A DNA stretch of 60,489 nt from an uncultured Staphylococcaceae bacterium (GTDB lineage Bacteria; Bacillota_I; Bacilli_A; RFN20; CAG-826): NCBI GenBank assembly GCA_964639215.1, contig CAZXCV010000007.1, positions 6,316 to 66,804 on the forward strand, read 5' to 3'. The notes under the pieces are model-generated. The model saw only the letters and a list, made by a program, of their open reading frames with translations, made no database searches and had not been told where the DNA came from. Position 1 is the first letter of the stretch. The number at the start of each line of letters is the position of its first letter. Positions 55,958 through 60,489 of this stretch are shown in pieces. The translations under genes were made by a program, and so were the position numbers.

Positions 55958-57691
55958 ATGAGCAATAAACCTTACAAAGGCTATGAACCACAATGGATTG
56001 CCAGACCAGCACCAGCCAATTCATTTCGCTCAATTTTTCGCTGGGGTGACCCCAATTATTACAAATGGCCGAAAGAAACTTTATTCAAAGCCATCAAGGA
56101 AAAATTTGGCTTAACCGATGATGATTTCAAGAAGTATGATGGGGATCTCGGATTCGGAGAAGTAAAATATCATGTGCCTTCAATGATTGAGGAGCGTCAC
56201 ATCGAGGCATTTAAAAAGATAGTCGGCGTTAATTTTGTTCGGGTCGATGATTATGCTCGTCTTAGCGTCGCTTATGGTAAAACGATGTTTGACGTTTTAC
56301 GAATTCGTCAGCAAATTATCGAAAATCTGCCTGATGTCGTCTTATATCCCGATGACCGTGAACAAATCGAGGCAATTGTTGCTTACTGCGTCAAAGAAAA
56401 AATCCCGGTCTATGTTTATGGAGGCGGGTCAAGTGTCACTCGCGGTGTTGAATGTATGAAGGGTGGCGTATCGCTTGATATGCGACTACGCTTCAACAAG
56501 GTTGTCAGCTTCAACGAGATTGACCAAACGATTACCGTGCAAGCAGGTATGAGCGGTCCGCAACTCGAAACCGCATTAAATGAAGCGCCAGTTCGCTTTA
56601 AAGCAAAACGCCAATACACATGTGGTCATTTTCCCCAGTCGTTTGAATATAGTTCTGTCGGAGGTTGGGTCGTGACCCGTGGTGCTGGGCAAAATAGCAC
56701 TTATTATGGAAAAATTGAAGATTTGGTACTTGAACAGAAATATGCCACCCCAATTGGAAATATCGTGACGTCCCCTTATCCACGCGAAGCGACCGGTCCT
56801 TCGCTCAACCATATCATGATGGGATCTGAAGGCGCTTTTGGTGTTTTAACCGATGTCACGCTCCGAATATTTCGACTGACAAAAGCCAATCGCAAGAAAT
56901 TTTCTTATATGTTCAAAACTTGGGATGATGGCATGGCGGCCACACGCGAAATGATGCAATGTGAAGCTGGATTTGCCTCGGTGTTCCGTCTTTCAGATGC
57001 TGAAGAAACCGATGTAATGATGCGCTTATATAATGTCGATGAATCGCCACTTGCCCCCATTTTTAAAATGCGTGGGATGAAACCGATGGAACGCTGTTTA
57101 TTTTTGGGTTGGAGTGAGGGTGAAAAAGGCTTTGCCAAAAATGTCGCCCGAAACATCCATCGCATTGCCCGAAAACACGGGGGCATGAATTTAACAAGCA
57201 TTGTCACAAACGCATGGGAACATGGACGGTTTACCGACCCCTATTTACGTGATTCGATGCAAGATTTTGGCATCTTAACCGACACGCTCGAATGCAGCGT
57301 CTTATGGTCAAACATGGAACAAGTTCATCAAGCTGTGCGCACTTATTGTAAATCACGTCCACAAACGATTGTGACGACTCACCTATCACACGCTTATCCT
57401 CAAGGCGCCAACCTCTATTTCATTTTCATTACGAAGATGAACGATATTGATGACTATCTTGCCTACCACTCGGGTATTCTTGATGCGATTCAAGCTTCAG
57501 GCGCGAGCATGAGCCATCATCACGGGATTGGTAAAATGTTCGGGCGCTGGTTAGAAGGTTCACTTGGAAGCATTGAATACAGTGTTTTAAAAGCATTGAA
57601 ACAGCATTTTGATCCTGACAATTTAATGAATCCTGGTGGAACATTGGGATTTGATTTACCTAAAGAGAAACTTAAGTTTTTAAAAAAATAA
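55958..57691 (+). CDS. FAD-linked oxidase, alkyl-dihydroxyacetonephosphate-synthase-like
   Basis: The start is after AAGGAG. It has an N-terminal extension of about 100 aa (FRWGDPNYYKWP) and a PCMH-type FAD-binding domain (YVYGGGSSVTRG). The C-terminal motif HHHGIG is typical of AGPS/GlcD-like enzymes. Confidence 0.7.
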   Translation: MSNKPYKGYEPQWIARPAPANSFRSIFRWGDPNYYKWPKETLFKAIKEKFGLTDDDFKKYDGDLGFGEVKYHVPSMIEERHIEAFKKIVGVNFVRVDDYARLSVAYGKTMFDVLRIRQQIIENLPDVVLYPDDREQIEAIVAYCVKEKIPVYVYGGGSSVTRGVECMKGGVSLDMRLRFNKVVSFNEIDQTITVQAGMSGPQLETALNEAPVRFKAKRQYTCGHFPQSFEYSSVGGWVVTRGAGQNSTYYGKIEDLVLEQKYATPIGNIVTSPYPREATGPSLNHIMMGSEGAFGVLTDVTLRIFRLTKANRKKFSYMFKTWDDGMAATREMMQCEAGFASVFRLSDAEETDVMMRLYNVDESPLAPIFKMRGMKPMERCLFLGWSEGEKGFAKNVARNIHRIARKHGGMNLTSIVTNAWEHGRFTDPYLRDSMQDFGILTDTLECSVLWSNMEQVHQAVRTYCKSRPQTIVTTHLSHAYPQGANLYFIFITKMNDIDDYLAYHSGILDAIQASGASMSHHHGIGKMFGRWLEGSLGSIEYSVLKALKQHFDPDNLMNPGGTLGFDLPKEKLKFLKK

Positions 57692-57702
57692 CTTAGATTA
57701 AA

Positions 57703-57735
57703 CGAGTGTTGCTGAGCAACCTCGCTTTTTCTTTT
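57703..57735 (+). terminator. rho-independent terminator ending the TetR-to-AGPS-like operon
   Basis: The hairpin CGAGTGTTGC TGA GCAACCTCG is followed by CTTTTTCTTTT. Confidence 0.7.
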
Positions 57736-57749
57736 GCTACAATATTTAT

Positions 57750-58370
57750 ATGGAACGCATTCATATTTATAAACAAGGCGCGGCCGACCATCCAGTCTTC
57801 CTATTACTACACGGCACTGGTGGTAGCGAATCTGATTTAATCGATATCGCTCATTTCATCGATGCTAAGGCGACGATTCTCAGCTTGCGTGGCGAAGTAA
57901 CTGAAGATGGTCTTACCAGACATTCCAAACGTTTCGGTCCGATGACATTCGATCAACTTGACTTAAATAAGCGAACGCATGATTTGCAACATTTTATTGA
58001 ATGGGCAGCACCTCATTATGGTTTGGATATTCATCAAATTATAGGAATCGGTTATTCTAACGGCGCGAATCTATTGGCAAGTCACATGTTTCGCTATCCA
58101 CAAGCGATTAAAGGCGCCATCTTATTCCATCCGATGAGTGGTGGCGAAATTAGTGATGTGCCTAATTTATTTCAGCTACCAATATTTATTGGCGCTGGAA
58201 ATAACGACCCCATCTGTCCCCCTGAAATGACCGCAGATTTGCAGCAGAAATTACAAAAGTTTGGGGCTAATGTCTCGCTGTCATGGCATAACTACGGTCA
58301 CCAATTATCTTATGAAGAAATTCAAAAAGCCGGGAGTTGGTATATCAAACATTTTGTATCATCAACTTAA
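57750..58370 (+). CDS. alpha/beta hydrolase (phospholipase/carboxylesterase family)
   Basis: 206 aa with the HG oxyanion motif (LLHGTGG), the nucleophile elbow GYSNGAN, and a distal D and H. Confidence 0.75.
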   Translation: MERIHIYKQGAADHPVFLLLHGTGGSESDLIDIAHFIDAKATILSLRGEVTEDGLTRHSKRFGPMTFDQLDLNKRTHDLQHFIEWAAPHYGLDIHQIIGIGYSNGANLLASHMFRYPQAIKGAILFHPMSGGEISDVPNLFQLPIFIGAGNNDPICPPEMTADLQQKLQKFGANVSLSWHNYGHQLSYEEIQKAGSWYIKHFVSST

Positions 58371-58912
58371 AATAACTGAACGTTTTCCTCATAATAACGA
58401 CGGTCAATAATATACACCACATCATCAAGCACAAGGCCATCGTATCGTACGGTGGCTTTTTTAATCGTGGCTTCATATTGAAAACCACACTTTTCAATCA
58501 CGCGTTTTGAACGCTCATTAAAGGGATAGTGTGTCGCACTGATAAGATCGAGACCAAGTTCATCGAAACCATAACGAATGACCGCTCGAGCGGCTTCAAG
58601 CACTAAGCCCTGTCCCCAATATTCATCATCAAGAACAAAACCAATTGATTTGGCTTTAGGGTTACGCCGATGGTTATCATCATGAAGTCCAATTGATCCA
58701 ATCAGTTGGTTATTTTTTTTATAAGTGATTGCCCATAGCGATTCTTGATTCACAAACCGCGACAATATTTGTAACGATTCGGTGACTGATTCATGCGGTT
58801 TCCAACCAGCGCTTGGACCAATATTGGGTTTCGATGCGTATTGGTAAAAACTCGGCAAATCGAGTAACGTAAATGGTCGTAATAATAACCGGGCTGTTTC
58901 GAGTGTTTTCAT
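58367..58912 (-). CDS. GNAT-family N-acetyltransferase (RimJ/RimL-like)
   Basis: 181 aa with the start TARLLLRPF and the acetyl-CoA motif WGQGLVLEAARAVIRYGF. Confidence 0.8.
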   Translation of the reverse strand: MKTLETARLLLRPFTLLDLPSFYQYASKPNIGPSAGWKPHESVTESLQILSRFVNQESLWAITYKKNNQLIGSIGLHDDNHRRNPKAKSIGFVLDDEYWGQGLVLEAARAVIRYGFDELGLDLISATHYPFNERSKRVIEKCGFQYEATIKKATVRYDGLVLDDVVYIIDRRYYEENVQLF

Positions 58913-59031
58913 AAATTTAGAATATACGATTTTACGCTTCTTGATAATGAGGGCAATTGCTTTATTTTATATTTCAATTATTATAAAGTTAATATAAGTA
59001 ATCCATCTTCGTATATTCCTTGGAGGAATGT

Positions 59032-60438
59032 ATGGTAACCAAAATGCCTGATGACCAGTTATGGGTGACATTTGCCGAACATAGCGATGATCATTTTTGG
59101 ATGATTACCCCTGATTATCAATATGTTTGCCTCAATGATGCTCATGCGCGCTTTTTCAATGCGACACCACAAGATTTTTATAATAACAACCGCACCTTAA
59201 TTACCAACGATTTTATTACATGCATCAAAATGGATTTGAATCGGGTGTTCAAAGGCGAACACATCATGACTGATCATGATTTTTTGTCGTCATCGGGTCA
59301 ACCTCGAACACTAGAAATTCGCATGAATCCCGTCTATGACCACAATAAACGCATATGTTACGCGGCCTGTGTTGCTCGTGATGTCACTGAATACAAAGCA
59401 CGACAAAGTGAAATTGAATATAGTTCATATCATGATTATTTAACCAATTTGTATAACCGTCGTTATTTTGAACAAAAACTCGAGCAACTAGATATCCCAA
59501 TAAATTATCCACTCACTGTCATCATGATGGATCTTAACGGTTTGAAACTAATTAACGATACATATGGTCATCACATTGGAGATTTAGCACTAAAGCGCAT
59601 CGGTTATATCCTCAATAACGTTTTTTATAAGCAAGGCGTCATTGCCCGGATTGGGGGCGATGAATTCGCTGTCATCCTATCGCTCGTAGATGAGGCGAAA
59701 ATTACGCTACTCACCAAACGATTAATGAAAGAAGTCAGTCGCTGCAAAATTGAAAACATCAATCTTTCACTCGCTTATGGTTATGATATCAAGCGTCATC
59801 ACGCGATTGAAATGTCAGAAATCTTGCGCCATGCTGAAAATAGCATGTATCGTCATAAACTAAATGATGGTCAACAATCGCGTAATCAAAGTGTCCGGGC
59901 CATTTTAAAAACATTGTGGGAACGCGATGCGTATGAAAAACACCACAGTCAAGAGGTCGGAAGTTTGTGTCATGCACTTGGTGTTGCCTATGGGATACAT
60001 CAAGAAGACTTGATCCGGCTACGATTAGCAGGCGAATACCATGATATTGGCAAAATATCGATTGCCGCCGCGATTTTACATAAGACAGAACCACTGACAG
60101 CTGAGGAACGCACCATCGTGAAGACCCATGCTGAAAATGGTTATCAAATATTGAAAGCAGCTGATAACTTCTCTGATATCGCCCCCCACACCCTCTATCA
60201 TCACGAGCGATACGATGGTTCCGGTTATCCACAAGGGTTAGCAGGCAACGATATCCCGCTCTTCTCACGCATGATTACCATCGCTGATAGTTATCACGCG
60301 ATGCGGTCAAGTCGCCCATATCGCAATAAGGCACTGACAAAAGAAAAAGCCATCAAGCATTTGCTCGATGGCCGTGGCACTTTATACGATTGTGATCTCG
60401 TGAACATCTTTGTTTTGAAAGTTTTACCTCATTATTGA
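59032..60438 (+). CDS. PAS - GGDEF - HD-GYP multidomain c-di-GMP signalling protein
   Basis: It has an N-terminal PAS-like domain and a GGDEF domain with an intact RIGGDEF. The HD-GYP domain has HHSQEV, HDIGK and HHERYDGSGYP. The start is at the ATG 5 nt after GGAGG. Confidence 0.85.
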   Translation: MVTKMPDDQLWVTFAEHSDDHFWMITPDYQYVCLNDAHARFFNATPQDFYNNNRTLITNDFITCIKMDLNRVFKGEHIMTDHDFLSSSGQPRTLEIRMNPVYDHNKRICYAACVARDVTEYKARQSEIEYSSYHDYLTNLYNRRYFEQKLEQLDIPINYPLTVIMMDLNGLKLINDTYGHHIGDLALKRIGYILNNVFYKQGVIARIGGDEFAVILSLVDEAKITLLTKRLMKEVSRCKIENINLSLAYGYDIKRHHAIEMSEILRHAENSMYRHKLNDGQQSRNQSVRAILKTLWERDAYEKHHSQEVGSLCHALGVAYGIHQEDLIRLRLAGEYHDIGKISIAAAILHKTEPLTAEERTIVKTHAENGYQILKAADNFSDIAPHTLYHHERYDGSGYPQGLAGNDIPLFSRMITIADSYHAMRSSRPYRNKALTKEKAIKHLLDGRGTLYDCDLVNIFVLKVLPHY

Positions 60439-60489
60439 AATTGTGATTCTTGACTCGCTAATTCTAGGAACAAGTGACCGATAAGATTA

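Noticed and set aside
1-60489. CRISPR arrays, tandem or dispersed repeats, IS elements, integrases and toxin-antitoxin or known defence modules.
   Set aside because: I saw no repeat-spacer periodicity, transposase or recombinase ORF, or defence-type domains (nuclease/ATPase/methylase sets) on either strand. The window reads as core chromosome with a few accessory metabolic or signalling genes.

Overview
This is a 60.5 kb, gene-dense chromosomal window (about 60 CDS and 1 tRNA) from a low-GC monoderm bacterium, Bacillota or Mycoplasmatota-like (Acholeplasma, Izemoplasma or Erysipelotrichia-type gene content). It uses the standard genetic code: UGA is the stop in the prfB recoding site, and UAG terminates at least three genes. 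I saw no CRISPR array, integrase, transposase or obvious prophage or defence island.

Most of the window is housekeeping with Bacillota-type synteny:
- uvrB
- secA-prfB, with the classic +1 frameshift
- comFA-comFC
- prfA-prmC-tsaC-rpiB
- dnaX-recR-tmk-holB-ricT-rsmI
- glnA, folD and secG

The accessory or unusual content is:
1. An electron-bifurcating-type [FeFe]-hydrogenase operon (hydCBA). A membrane protein is translationally coupled upstream, and HydA carries a non-canonical H-cluster L1 motif (TSCSPGW).
2. A monocistronic heliorhodopsin gene, with no retinal-biosynthesis genes in the window.
3. A tightly overlapping minus-strand cluster: secreted PLC-like phosphodiesterase, VTC (triphosphate-tunnel, polyphosphate-polymerase-like) protein, DUF4956 membrane protein and a B-repeat membrane protein. 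It continues into an RluA-family synthase and a YfhO-family membrane glycosyltransferase. No function has been worked out for this cluster.
4. A TetR-headed operon: BON-fused GlpA-like FAD dehydrogenase, second flavoprotein, DUF1667, a non-GlpK FGGY kinase and an alkyl-DHAP-synthase-like FAD oxidase.
5. A ThyX-fold protein with a degenerate catalytic motif, translationally coupled to folD.
6. prfA interrupted by a 1-nt frameshift exactly after the GGQ codons.
7. A PAS-GGDEF-HD-GYP c-di-GMP protein.

All calls rest on reading the translated ORFs and the DNA by eye. No database search was run.
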